64,000 bases of DNA from the NCBI GenBank assembly GCA_036170915.1, contig JAVHQC010000034.1, forward strand, positions 49,492 to 113,491. The letters run 5' to 3'. The position numbers and the translations under genes are program-made. Below are positions 28,644-38,725 of the stretch, in pieces. This DNA comes from Cyanobacteria bacterium auto_48_18. GTDB lineage: Bacteria; Cyanobacteriota; Vampirovibrionia; Obscuribacterales; Obscuribacteraceae. Each line of letters begins with the position of its first letter. Positions within the stretch are counted from its first letter, which is position 1. Under the pieces are notes generated by a model. It worked only from the letters and a program-made list of their open reading frames with translations. It did not search any database and was not told the origin of the DNA.

Positions 28644-29825
28644 GTGAAGGAATCGTTAGGAAAATTCAGACCAGCAGTGGGGTTAGCAAATGCTCACCTT
28701 ATGACATTGGCACCACTGGCGATTCGGCGCCATTTTCCGCTCACAGACTGCTCTAGCGAGCAGCACATAGTCGAAGTAGATGAACAAAACAAAGTTATTG
28801 TTTGTTTGCATCTCGCCGAAAGTCTGAGCAAAAAAGTTCCCAATTTTACTGCTGCGCTTCCCAATCTTGACCTGTCGAAAGTGTTGGTGCTGCTGGTTCA
28901 TGGGCTCGAGGGTTCTGCTGAGTCGACCTATGTTAAAGGTGTTTGTGAGAAGTCGCTCAGCCTCGGCATGAGTGTTTGCCGGCTCAATTTGCGCAACTGT
29001 GGTGACAGCTTGCATCTGGCTCAGGGCCTTTATAACGCTGGCATGAGTGCTGATGCCATTGCTGTAGCAAAACATTTAAAAGCACAATTTGGCTTTTCAC
29101 AAATTTTTCTTTGTGGCTTTTCACTAGGCGGAAATATCGTTCTCAAAGCGGCTGGTGAGCTCGGTCGAGAACTCGGCAGGGCCTTGGGTAAAGACGAGGT
29201 TAAGAACGAGAGCAAGAACGAGAGCAAAGAGTTGAGTTCAGAGACAATGGCAAAAGTGATTGATGGAGTTTGCGCAGTTTGTCCTCCGATAGATTTGCAC
29301 CAGTGCGTAGGCGCCATTGAGCGGCGAGGCAATCGCCTTTACGAACATGGTTTTCTTGGGAGTCTAAAAGAAAAAATTCGCGCTAAAAATCGATTGTTTC
29401 CCGGGCGGTTTGATGTAGACCGGCTGGCGGCCATATCTTCACTGCGTGCATTTGATAATACTTACACCGCTTTCGACGCCGGTTATGAGAGTGCTGATGC
29501 TTATTATCACGGTGCCAGCGCACTGCGGGTGATGCCCTATATCAATGTTCCAACGCTGGTGGTTGCTGCAGCGGATGATCCACTTGTACCAATAGAGAGT
29601 TTTCGCTGTGATGAACTGGCAGGTAACGTCAATGTCAAACTGGTCACGCCTGAGAAGGGTGGGCATGTGGCTTTTATCAGTGATAAGAATATTGCCCTTC
29701 AAGATCTTGTGCATGAATGGGATAGAGAGCACGAGCCTGGTCCTAACCAACAGCTAAAAGATCGTTTCTGGGGCGAATGGCAGGTAGTGCAATTTATACT
29801 GGCCGTGGCCACCGGTCGCCACTAG
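28644..29825 (+). CDS. Alpha/beta hydrolase, YheT family
   Basis: HGLEGS, NLRNCG, GFSLGGN, DDPLV, GGHVAF. Confidence 0.9.
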   Translation: MKESLGKFRPAVGLANAHLMTLAPLAIRRHFPLTDCSSEQHIVEVDEQNKVIVCLHLAESLSKKVPNFTAALPNLDLSKVLVLLVHGLEGSAESTYVKGVCEKSLSLGMSVCRLNLRNCGDSLHLAQGLYNAGMSADAIAVAKHLKAQFGFSQIFLCGFSLGGNIVLKAAGELGRELGRALGKDEVKNESKNESKELSSETMAKVIDGVCAVCPPIDLHQCVGAIERRGNRLYEHGFLGSLKEKIRAKNRLFPGRFDVDRLAAISSLRAFDNTYTAFDAGYESADAYYHGASALRVMPYINVPTLVVAAADDPLVPIESFRCDELAGNVNVKLVTPEKGGHVAFISDKNIALQDLVHEWDREHEPGPNQQLKDRFWGEWQVVQFILAVATGRH

Positions 29826-30207
29826 TAGCCTGGCAATTTCTGGCAACAGTTATGAAACTGTGTGCTCAGCAAAAAACTGCCATATCTCTGTGCCAAGATC
29901 AGGTTATGGATTTACAGACTGATCATAAAGGTAAATGCTAAGAGCAAAAACTAGTTGGGATTTTTAGCAGGCATCAAATATGGTGGCAAGACAAAGGCCT
30001 GACCCATGGTCGAATTATCATCATGTTTGCTCAGTGTTGGAAACTGATTAGAGTTGTTCACGTTACTGTTGAGTTTTGCATGTCAACATGAAAGAATTAT
30101 CTTTGCATGTGTGGTCTTGGCGACCTTTTTTGACCAAAATTTTTAGTCGATGCATATCAGTCGTCAAGTGTATGGGTTTTACTATTTGGGTTTCAAGGAG
30201 GTTCGTT

Positions 30208-30606
30208 GTGAGAAAAGTTATGAGTCTGGCACTGGCTGCCCTGGCTGTGGTAGCAGTTGCTGCACCAGTTTTTGCTGCTGATGATGCTATGGACAAAGTT
30301 GTTGAAGGCGCTATGGTGCCTACCAGATTAGGTGGAGTAGCTGCTGGTGTGGTTGTCGGAACACCGATCGCCATCGTTCGTGAATCAGTTAAGTCTTACA
30401 AAGACATGACCGAAAAATGTGCAGACAAAGTCGGTGGACATGACTTCGGACCATCATGCTTGTTGGTTTCATTCGCTACATTGCCAGCCGGCCTGGTTGT
30501 AGGCGGCGTTAAAGGCACCTACTACGGTGTGAAAAATGGCGTTGTTGATGGTTTCCAAACACCATTCGCTTCTGATTCTTTCAGCCTGGGTAAAATGGAC
30601 GAATAA
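30208..30606 (+). CDS. Secreted hypothetical protein
   Basis: AAGGAGG SD before GTG 30208; signal peptide ending VFA. Confidence 0.75.
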   Translation: MRKVMSLALAALAVVAVAAPVFAADDAMDKVVEGAMVPTRLGGVAAGVVVGTPIAIVRESVKSYKDMTEKCADKVGGHDFGPSCLLVSFATLPAGLVVGGVKGTYYGVKNGVVDGFQTPFASDSFSLGKMDE

Positions 30607-30652
30607 ATTCGCCCTGAGCAATCTAGTATTGCCTCAGCAGAATTGATAAATT

Positions 30653-30691
30653 GAACTCGCGGCTGCAACTTGCTCCGCGAGTTCTTTTTTT
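30653..30691 (+). terminator. Intrinsic terminator
   Basis: GAACTCGCGG...CCGCGAGTTC followed by T7. Confidence 0.8.
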
Positions 30692-30700
30692 AAGGAAGTC

Positions 30701-30916
30701 ATGGCCGAACAAGACATTACACCGTGGCTGGCAAAAATTGCCGCAGCTAAAACCCGCAAAGAAATTCTTGTGATTATGGAAGAATTTAGAGTTTTGTCGT
30801 GGAGCGATGAGCAGTGCTCAACCGTAGCAAAATTGTATATGCGCTTATTGCTGGCACTGCCAGATGACGGTTCTGGCGCGGTTATTCCTGCGTCTACTGG
30901 AAGTACTAAAAGCTGA
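30701..30916 (+). CDS. Hypothetical protein (71 aa)
   Basis: AAGGA SD and ATG; amphipathic helical sequence. Confidence 0.6.
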   Translation: MAEQDITPWLAKIAAAKTRKEILVIMEEFRVLSWSDEQCSTVAKLYMRLLLALPDDGSGAVIPASTGSTKS

Positions 30917-30952
30917 AAGTGCTTTAGTCTGAAAGCGCCTAAAGCTAGCCGC

Positions 30953-32923
30953 TTAATGCACTGCGTTAAAAATGTAGTCTGCTTTCAATTCTTGCTTTCG
31001 CGCTTCTTCAGGACGGCCCACAGATCTTAATACTGAAGAATAATCAGCCAGAGTTTTGCCTAAAATCGGGTCATCTTGACCTTTGCTTTTTTCTCTAATT
31101 TCCACTAATTCTTTCAAGGTGCGTTCAGCTTTTTGCAAGCGCGAATGTCTGACGTATAGTTCGCTCAATGTATCCAGCGCATTTTCCAACATCATCTCGG
31201 TCTCGGCAATGCGCACACCTTTAGCTTTCTTTTTGCGCAAAATTTCAGCCAGGCGCAAGAGCAATGCTTCGGCGTCAAGTTCACGGTCTTCGCTTGCTAG
31301 TTGCCTTGCTACCTGCAAAATTGTCTCAGGCGAATCTTCAATAGTAGTTTTAAAAATTGGCAACGTAGACGGTTGCGCTGAGGGCGATTCGTAATTAGCT
31401 GCTACTTGTGAAACTGATATTGGTGATACTGCTATTGGTGTAGTCTGAGTAGAAGTTGTTTGAGTTACAGTAGTTACTGTTTGAATAGTCTGAGAAACCG
31501 GCTGAGATACTTGCTGAGATTGCTTGTTCTGTGTGGCCGAATTGGCATCAACGTCAAATATTACTTCGGCAGCATTTCTAGGCACTAGTAGTGCTGGAGT
31601 AGCGGTGGCCTGTAATATTTCGACCTTATCGTTAATGGCCGGATTGAGCGCGCCCAGTATTGTCGCTGGTGGCATGTCTTTTTCAGCAGATTGATTGGGC
31701 TCAAGGTTTGCCACCTCTAGTGCTGATTCCGATTCAGAAATGGCGGCCAGCACTGCCAGCAATTGACTGCGCAACCTCTGCGAATTTTTCAAACGCAGTG
31801 CTTCGGTTAGTTCGATATAGGCACCCTTTTTATCACCGGCTGCCAGGCATTCTTCTGCCATCTTCTGTCGATGATCGCTGTTGGCCGAATCTTTGCCTGT
31901 CTGGGCAATAAGTGCGGCCAAGTTTTTTCTTGCGGCCGGTTGAGTAGGGTCAAGATATAGGGCAGCCCTGAACTCTTTCATAGCATCCTGCGGATGGCGT
32001 GCTGCTAACTCTAGGCCATAGTTGTTGTGGGCAATCACCAGGTTATCGCGAGCATGGGCGTATTCTGGCGAGATTTTTAGCAACCGTTCAAAAGACTTGA
32101 TGGCCAGATCAAAATGTTTGCCGTTGATTTCTTGCACTGCCACATTATTTAGATGGGCTAGCTCAGCGGAGCTTTGATGCCAGTTTGCATTCTTATCGCC
32201 AATATTTTTTGGTGCAGCTACAGTTGTTGTAGTTATATTTGGTGCGACACTAGTTGGTACCAGCGCTAGTGAGGCACTAGATCCGGTGCCTTTAATTGGA
32301 TCATATGGTCTTGCTGTTACCGGCGGGCCACTTTTGCCAGCACCATGATGCAAGCTTCGCACATAGCTGTAATCAGCCATGGCACCGGTCATGTCGCTGA
32401 GTGCAAACCGCAGTGAACTTCTTTCTGAAAATACTTGCTGATTGTTTGGTGCGAGGTTGGCGGCCCGATCGATGTCTTGTCCGGCACCGCGAAGATCGTT
32501 CAGTCGGCGCCGCACACTCGAGCGGGCAATCAGAGCCGCTACGCTGGTTGGATGCGCTTCGAGGACGTGATCGAGATCTTCTTGAGCTCCCTGCAAGTCA
32601 CCGATTTGTCGCTTTAACGCCGCGCGAGCGATCCAGCCTTCCACCTGATCTGGCCTGGCTGCCAGGTCTTTGCTCCAGAGATCGATGGCACCGATTAAAT
32701 CGCCGGCTTTGATTTTGCTCTGCACTTCTCTCGCCGTTGCACTAAGCGGAGCGGCACTGCGAGTGATTGTCAGGCTGGGAGGCTGTTTGCGCTTAGGTGA
32801 TACTCGGGCGGCCGGTTTGACTGGATCCCGTTTCAAAAGCAGCACTTCCTGGGCCAAAGTCGGGCCGGCAGCCGTCAGCGCGCCTAGAAGTACGGTTGAG
32901 CTAGCGAAAAAGTTGATTTTCAA
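30953..32923 (-). CDS. Secreted TPR repeat protein
   Basis: Signal peptide; several TPR clusters (e.g. WIARAALKRQIGDLQGAQEDLDHVLEAHP) separated by Thr/Ser/Gln linkers. Confidence 0.85.
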   Translation of the reverse strand: MKINFFASSTVLLGALTAAGPTLAQEVLLLKRDPVKPAARVSPKRKQPPSLTITRSAAPLSATAREVQSKIKAGDLIGAIDLWSKDLAARPDQVEGWIARAALKRQIGDLQGAQEDLDHVLEAHPTSVAALIARSSVRRRLNDLRGAGQDIDRAANLAPNNQQVFSERSSLRFALSDMTGAMADYSYVRSLHHGAGKSGPPVTARPYDPIKGTGSSASLALVPTSVAPNITTTTVAAPKNIGDKNANWHQSSAELAHLNNVAVQEINGKHFDLAIKSFERLLKISPEYAHARDNLVIAHNNYGLELAARHPQDAMKEFRAALYLDPTQPAARKNLAALIAQTGKDSANSDHRQKMAEECLAAGDKKGAYIELTEALRLKNSQRLRSQLLAVLAAISESESALEVANLEPNQSAEKDMPPATILGALNPAINDKVEILQATATPALLVPRNAAEVIFDVDANSATQNKQSQQVSQPVSQTIQTVTTVTQTTSTQTTPIAVSPISVSQVAANYESPSAQPSTLPIFKTTIEDSPETILQVARQLASEDRELDAEALLLRLAEILRKKKAKGVRIAETEMMLENALDTLSELYVRHSRLQKAERTLKELVEIREKSKGQDDPILGKTLADYSSVLRSVGRPEEARKQELKADYIFNAVH

Positions 32924-32932
32924 ATCGCCTCG

Positions 32933-33394
32933 CTAAACGTCTAAAAACCGTTCTCGGTCAGAGGCCTTGGGTAGCGGGCAAGTATCGCTTTTACCAAAAA
33001 TCTTGTAACGCACAGCTGCAACCAGGTCATAACCGACGTTGCGGAGGGGCGCAGGCACAATTAAAAAGGCTTTTAAAATCTTTGAAGGTCCTTCCAATTC
33101 GCCGAAAATGCGCAGAGCGGCTGCAGATTTGCTATAGATTTCTTCGTCGGCGGTGCCGGGGTTGCGAATCAAATAGACAGTTTTCAATAGCGTCGGATCA
33201 AGGCCATGGCGCCCCAGCACTTCTTTAGCCAGGTCACTTTGTAAAGAGGCGAAATGGAATTTGGCCTGGGAATCATGGTTGAGCACAAACTGTACGAATT
33301 TATTGCAGAGCCCGCAAACACCGTCAAACAAAATCAGAGCCTTGACTGAGGCCAGTCTGGCGGCGTTTTCAGTTAATTGCTTAGTTTCAGTCAT
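32933..33394 (-). CDS. DCC1-like thiol-disulfide oxidoreductase (DUF393)
   Basis: ILFDGVCGLCN, FASLQS, RYKIFGK..TC.LP....ERF. Confidence 0.92.
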   Translation of the reverse strand: MTETKQLTENAARLASVKALILFDGVCGLCNKFVQFVLNHDSQAKFHFASLQSDLAKEVLGRHGLDPTLLKTVYLIRNPGTADEEIYSKSAAALRIFGELEGPSKILKAFLIVPAPLRNVGYDLVAAVRYKIFGKSDTCPLPKASDRERFLDV

Positions 33395-33444
33395 GAGATT
33401 ACCTTCCTAGCCATATTATACGTTAGTTAGGTAGTGCCAAAATA

Positions 33445-33470
33445 CAGAGAAATTTTCGAAAATTTCTCTG
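33445..33470. repeat. Perfect 26-bp palindrome
   Basis: CAGAGAAATTTTC|GAAAATTTCTCTG. Confidence 0.8.
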
Positions 33471-33524
33471 CAAATTTTCAATCAATTTTCATTATGGTTC
33501 CAAGGTCAAGCCGAAACCGAGTAA

Positions 33525-35120
33525 TTATTGTGTCTGCGAGGCCTTAAATGCCACAACAGGTGCACCCGTTGCTTTCGACGACATCATCGCTTCTTTAGCG
33601 GTAGAGAGCATCATGCCAAGGTCGGTACAGTCTTCAGGAATGCCGGTGACACCAAAGGCGATGGCTAGATTGCGGCTGTCAATTTCGCCGCCAATTTTTT
33701 CATCCCACAAAACTTCAGTGATGCGTTTTGCCACCATTGTTGCTGCTTGCACATTGGTGTATGGCAGCATTAAGAGAAAACCAAAAGTTTCGAAGTGAGC
33801 AAGCACGTCAATATTGCGCTTGATTGTACCGATGCGCCTGGCCGCTTCTTTAATCATAGGCAACGGTAGCGGTTCAAGACCAACAGGAGTACGCACACGC
33901 ATTTCAAAAATTAATAAGCAAAATGGTGCGCCGGTATGCTCCCAGCGGAAGAATTCTTGTTCAAGGAAATACAAAATTACCGGATAGTTTATTAGGCCGG
34001 TTTCTTGCCTCATCATGTTCTTCATGCCGGCGTCAATGGCAGAGCGGTCTACACCCATGGCTTCGATGGGCTGCTGAGTGCGCACTTGCGTCGGTTTTTC
34101 AGTGACCGCAATTAAATCGGAGACAATTAAATTGTAGACCAGTGGTATCCATTCCACTTTATTGAACGGCATTTTGCGCAGAAGCTCAAATAGAGTGCTC
34201 TGATTGTCTATTAATTGATAAAACTCTTTCTGCTCACTCATATCGAGTCTGGCACCAGCCGCCATTCTTTGTTCGAAGTCAGCCTCGGTTAATTTCGGAT
34301 GTTTGCGCACAAAATAAGACGACATAGTGACGCCGCTTTGATGAATCACTCGATATTGATCAACTAATGGGGCGGCCTCGGCAATCAGGGCGTCGATACG
34401 CTTGGTGACAGTGCGCTCGCTTGAGCGGTCATTGGGAAAGAATGAAAATTTTCCTTTGTCCCAGGTCAAAACCTCCATGATCGCTGCTTCGCCTTTACAC
34501 TCGCTAGAAGCGGCGTGCAGCGGCTGACCATTTTCAAAAAATACATCAATGCCTTCGTCAACCTGGGTGACGCTGAGCATACCGGTCATTTTGCTGATCA
34601 CGATTGATTGCAAGACATTGGCCACAGTCATGTTAAGCAGATCGCCTTCCAGGGTGGCGTGGCGTTCGATTTCTTGGCTTTCAGTAAAAGCCGGGCGGCT
34701 GCGACGCGCCTCGCTTGCCGGTTCTGTGGCGACCGCTTTAATATTGCTGGCAGAGGCTTTCATGCCCCCGAAAGCCTCTAGCTGTTTGGCGGTCATATCG
34801 GTATCGTCACCAAGACATTCTCTGGTGAGCAGGTTTGTAATCAGGCCGATGTCACCTGACTGATAATTCCATCTGACTTCGCGAAATGCCCCGTCGCCGA
34901 TGATAAAGGTCCATTGTGGGTCACCACCATCTTTGTCGCAATTGACCGCCAGGGCACAATCTCGGCTCGGATTTTCAGCAATCCAGGGCAGCTCAACCGC
35001 TCGACCGAGATTTTTCTGAGCCTCTTGCAGGCAATGAAAAACGTCTTCATAGACGGGCACACCGTGCATTTTTGACAGACGGATGGGTGAGGCCGGTTGC
35101 GACTTTTGGGGTCTAAACAT
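33525..35120 (-). CDS. DUF4388 plus degenerate GGDEF domain protein
   Basis: LEGDLLNMTVANVLQSI...MTGML...FFENGQPLHA; ETGLIN...RNIDVLAHFETFGFLLMLPYT. Confidence 0.8.
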   Translation of the reverse strand: MFRPQKSQPASPIRLSKMHGVPVYEDVFHCLQEAQKNLGRAVELPWIAENPSRDCALAVNCDKDGGDPQWTFIIGDGAFREVRWNYQSGDIGLITNLLTRECLGDDTDMTAKQLEAFGGMKASASNIKAVATEPASEARRSRPAFTESQEIERHATLEGDLLNMTVANVLQSIVISKMTGMLSVTQVDEGIDVFFENGQPLHAASSECKGEAAIMEVLTWDKGKFSFFPNDRSSERTVTKRIDALIAEAAPLVDQYRVIHQSGVTMSSYFVRKHPKLTEADFEQRMAAGARLDMSEQKEFYQLIDNQSTLFELLRKMPFNKVEWIPLVYNLIVSDLIAVTEKPTQVRTQQPIEAMGVDRSAIDAGMKNMMRQETGLINYPVILYFLEQEFFRWEHTGAPFCLLIFEMRVRTPVGLEPLPLPMIKEAARRIGTIKRNIDVLAHFETFGFLLMLPYTNVQAATMVAKRITEVLWDEKIGGEIDSRNLAIAFGVTGIPEDCTDLGMMLSTAKEAMMSSKATGAPVVAFKASQTQ

Positions 35121-35338
35121 GTTTTTTGCTGCAGGGGCGAGGGGTGAGCTTAGTAACGCCTGATTCTTACTTCTCTATGCCCGGCTTTGAGTGAGCTGAA
35201 AACCTGGCGCACAATGATCGTCTAAAATGCCTGAAGTCTGATAATAGCGCTAAGCAGCGGCTCTTTTTGGGAAAGAGACCAATAGCGGCGCTATTAGAAA
35301 TATAGTAGGGCATTTAAGCAAAGCAATATAGGTTATTC

Positions 35339-35665
35339 GTGGAAGTCAAAGCCGTAGATTCAGCACTCCAAACCGATGCTCAAGAGGCTGTAAACCCTGA
35401 TCTGGCGGGCCGTAGCACCGTGGCCATGCATTTAGCCGGCAGTGGCGTGGAGTTTAAAATTGACACCGCAGTAGACCACTCTATTGCCATTGTTAGTTTG
35501 ACCGCGAAGCTTGAGCTAGTTTTACTGATGCTGGCAGAAAAATCTGAACGTCTGGAAGCGTCAATGATTCGCATCGGACAGCTTGAGGCGGAGCTGGCAG
35601 CTAAGCGCGAAGAAGTTTGTGTAACTGTCAAAGACAGCCAAGACATTCAAGACGGCAAGGAGTAA
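35339..35665 (+). CDS. Hypothetical coiled-coil protein
   Basis: 108-aa ORF, first gene of a tightly packed run. Confidence 0.55.
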   Translation: MEVKAVDSALQTDAQEAVNPDLAGRSTVAMHLAGSGVEFKIDTAVDHSIAIVSLTAKLELVLLMLAEKSERLEASMIRIGQLEAELAAKREEVCVTVKDSQDIQDGKE

Positions 35666-35669
35666 GTAT

Positions 35670-36233
35670 TTGTTCGGGCAAGCATTCATTTTCATCAATT
35701 ATGAGCAAGCCTTGAAGTTCGGTCATGTGGCCTGGGGCTTTGCCCTGGACGAAGATACTTATTGCTATGGCTCGTCTGATCATTTGCTCAAGCGCCCCAT
35801 GAGCGATTTGCCTGCCATGATCAGATATTCGCACGTAGAACCAGGTGGCGATATTGATTTCTGGAGCGAAAAAGGCAACTTTAGTGAGATGCTGCACACC
35901 ATGACTGACGGGCACCACATTCGCTACCACGCTTACAAGAATATTGGTCTGGCGGAATTTTTTCCTGATGCCGCTCTGGCAGAAATGGAGAAGGTCGCAG
36001 CCGGCGGCTGGTCGGTGCTGACGAACAATTGTATTCATCACACTTATAAAATTTTGCATGCATATGGTGTGAACGGTGAGAAGCAAAAACTGCTGCTGCC
36101 GCAGTTGAGCAAACCAAAGACACTAATGCCCAAGCAATGGTTTAGTCACGCTGATGCCAATGATCTATCGCATTTGACCAGTCATATTCATCGAAAAAAA
36201 GTTTATCAGAATTATGTGAGTGGTAGTGAGTAA
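35670..36233 (+). CDS. Hypothetical protein, permuted papain-like (NlpC/P60, His before Cys) motif order
   Basis: FGHVAWGF near the N-terminus; WSVLTNNCIHH later. Confidence 0.6.
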   Translation: MFGQAFIFINYEQALKFGHVAWGFALDEDTYCYGSSDHLLKRPMSDLPAMIRYSHVEPGGDIDFWSEKGNFSEMLHTMTDGHHIRYHAYKNIGLAEFFPDAALAEMEKVAAGGWSVLTNNCIHHTYKILHAYGVNGEKQKLLLPQLSKPKTLMPKQWFSHADANDLSHLTSHIHRKKVYQNYVSGSE

Positions 36234-36241
36234 CAGGTAGT

Positions 36242-36916
36242 ATGGCAAAAATACTTTTAGTCGAAGATGACACTAATCTGGCCTTTCTGGTGAAGATGCA
36301 GCTTGAGCAAGGTCGCCATCTGGTCGACCATGTAGACACAGGGCTGAACGCCATCAGCCAGTTAAAGATGGCCAGCTACGAGCTGGTGATTCTTGATTGG
36401 ATGCTGCCAGACATCTCAGGAATCGACATGTGTCGCCAGTACCGCGGCACCGGTGGGCGCACGCCTATATTGATGCTCACAGCTAGAGGCTCTATTGAAG
36501 ATAAAGCCACCGGTTTAAATGCCGGCGCTGACGACTATCTGGTGAAACCGTTTCACCCAGTTGAACTTAACGCCAGAGTACAGGCATTGCTGCGGCGACC
36601 CCAGAGCTATGCCGGCAAAGTTTTGACTGTGCGCGATATCGAGCTCGATACTGAAGCAGGGCGCGTGTTTCGGGCGACCCAAGAAATCGACCTGACATCG
36701 AAAGAATTCAGTTTGCTCGAGCTTTTAATGCGCTACCCCAATCAGAGTTTTACTCTAGAGACAATTTTAAGTCGGGTGTGGCAAAGTGATTCCACCGCCT
36801 CTGTGGACACTGTGCGCACGCATATGAAGACACTGAGACGCAAGCTTGGCGACACTGAAGAAAATGGCATTATTCGCACCAAGCGTGGTGCCGGTTACAG
36901 AATTGTCGATCAGTAA
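36242..36916 (+). CDS. OmpR/PhoB family response regulator
   Basis: ILLVEDD, LDWMLP, GADDYLVKPF, winged-helix TKRGAGY. Confidence 0.95.
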   Translation: MAKILLVEDDTNLAFLVKMQLEQGRHLVDHVDTGLNAISQLKMASYELVILDWMLPDISGIDMCRQYRGTGGRTPILMLTARGSIEDKATGLNAGADDYLVKPFHPVELNARVQALLRRPQSYAGKVLTVRDIELDTEAGRVFRATQEIDLTSKEFSLLELLMRYPNQSFTLETILSRVWQSDSTASVDTVRTHMKTLRRKLGDTEENGIIRTKRGAGYRIVDQ

Positions 36917-36934
36917 AAGCAAAGATCACAGACC

Positions 36935-38725
36935 ATGAAAATTTCGCTTACAGCCAAGACCACGGGAATTATCGCAATCGTCGCGGCAGTGCTGGTCTAT
37001 ATCGGCACGCTGACATTAAATCTGGCTGCCGAACGACTGGCAAACAGCTATCTGGCCTCGAAGCAATTTCAGTTAGTAGAATTGCTTGACCAGGTGGTGC
37101 TGAATATGTCGCGCGCCGACGCTCAAGAGCGCGAGTATGTTTTGACCGGAAATACTAAATCTATTGAGCAGTACAAAGCTTATTTTCAGCGTATTGATGA
37201 TTGTATGACCCGGCTCAGGGTCTTATTGTCGGACAATTCTCGTTATTCAATGTTGATGGACGAGCTGACAGACTCTATTAGTTTTAGAAAAAGTTGCGCC
37301 GAAGAAGTAATCGCTGTGCGCTCTACTGGTAGCATGGAAAATGCCTTGCAGCGCTCGGAAAAATTTGATGAGGCACAACTGACCAGGCACGTAGAATGGC
37401 TGGCCAAAGAGGTTTCAGGCACCATTAATCGTGAGATGACCGCGCGCTTCAGTGAGCTTGATAAAGACAGTCTGACCACATTGATTGGTATTTCTATTAT
37501 TTTATGCTCGGCCTTGATGGCTCTGGTATTTGTCATTCTAGGCGTCAATCGTTATGTCTCTGAAAGGCAAAGGGCTGAAGCAGCATTGCGTGAAGCGCAA
37601 CAAGCATTGTCTGAAAGAGAAGCGCGCATGCGGGCTCTAGTGGAGACTGCACCTGATGGTATTGTCACAGTTAGAGCCGACGGTAAAATCGAATCGGTCA
37701 ATGCAGTGTTGGAAAATTTGTGCGGTATTCCATCATCAGATTTGATTGGTGTAGACATCGAGACGATCATTCCTAGTTTTCTTTTAGATGGTCGCTTGAG
37801 CGATCTGGCCAGCGGCAAACGCTCACCCTTTAGCGCCGGGCGTGAGCTTTACGCGGTCAAGCAAGACGGCAGCCAGGTGCCTGTTGAAGTTTCTACTTCC
37901 ACTGTCAGCCTTGGTCACGTCGATGTCTACACTGGTATCGTGCGTGATATCACTGAGCGTAAAGAGGTAGAAGAGCGGGTCAAAGACTTCTATTCTATGG
38001 TTTCTCACGAGCTACGTACACCACTTGCTTCTATTCGCACAGCACTGGGATTAATGGAAAGTTTTTCAGAAGAGCTGAGTGATAAGACCAGGCCTGTGGT
38101 GAAAATTGCTGCCACTGAAGCAGATCGTTTGATGCGACTGATCAACGATATTCTCGATATGCGTAAAATTGAATCAGGCAAACTAGAGTTGGCTCTAGAC
38201 GCTTATGACGCTGGCCATCTGGTGAACAAATCGATTGAAGGCATTGAAACTCTGGCTCAAGAGTCAAAAGTAAGCATAAAGAATCTGGCACATGAAAAAG
38301 TTGGACTCGATGTCTACTGTGACGGCGACAGAATTTTGCAGGTGCTCTCAAATATTCTTGCTAACGCCGTTAAATATTCTCCCAGCCCTGGTGTGATAAC
38401 AGTCTCTTGCGAGAAGAGCGGCTCGAGTTGCAAAATCGCTGTGCGCGACTCTGGACCAGGCGTAGCTAAAAATCAAGCACACAAACTTTTTGGCAGGTTT
38501 GAGCAATTGCGCTCAAAAGATGGTAAAAACAGGGCAGGTTCGGGCCTTGGTCTGGCAATCGCCAAAGCCATTGTCGAGCAGCACGGTGGTGAAATAGGCG
38601 TGGAATTGCCCGATGGCGGCGGATCTATCTTCTGGTTCTCACTGCCGCTGGCCGAAGACGAAATAGAATCTCTTGACGACGACGTTGAAATTGTTCAAAC
38701 AAGCGAGGCCGAGCAAAGTGTCTGA
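36935..38725 (+). CDS. Sensor histidine kinase (CHASE3-like, PAS, HisKA, HATPase)
   Basis: EREYVLTGN; SHELRTPL; NILANAVKYS; DSGPG; GSGLGL. Confidence 0.93.
   Translation: MKISLTAKTTGIIAIVAAVLVYIGTLTLNLAAERLANSYLASKQFQLVELLDQVVLNMSRADAQEREYVLTGNTKSIEQYKAYFQRIDDCMTRLRVLLSDNSRYSMLMDELTDSISFRKSCAEEVIAVRSTGSMENALQRSEKFDEAQLTRHVEWLAKEVSGTINREMTARFSELDKDSLTTLIGISIILCSALMALVFVILGVNRYVSERQRAEAALREAQQALSEREARMRALVETAPDGIVTVRADGKIESVNAVLENLCGIPSSDLIGVDIETIIPSFLLDGRLSDLASGKRSPFSAGRELYAVKQDGSQVPVEVSTSTVSLGHVDVYTGIVRDITERKEVEERVKDFYSMVSHELRTPLASIRTALGLMESFSEELSDKTRPVVKIAATEADRLMRLINDILDMRKIESGKLELALDAYDAGHLVNKSIEGIETLAQESKVSIKNLAHEKVGLDVYCDGDRILQVLSNILANAVKYSPSPGVITVSCEKSGSSCKIAVRDSGPGVAKNQAHKLFGRFEQLRSKDGKNRAGSGLGLAIAKAIVEQHGGEIGVELPDGGGSIFWFSLPLAEDEIESLDDDVEIVQTSEAEQSV

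Noticed and set aside
29155..29232. Short tandem duplications (ELGR x2, KNES x2) in the hydrolase, and the AAC run near 27115
   Set aside because: In-frame slippage in probable loops or linkers; multiples of three, so no phase variation.
30076..30207. Longer track starts for 30076, 61061, 7284, 28537 and 38673
   Set aside because: Downstream starts have better SD, signal-peptide or family N-terminus support.
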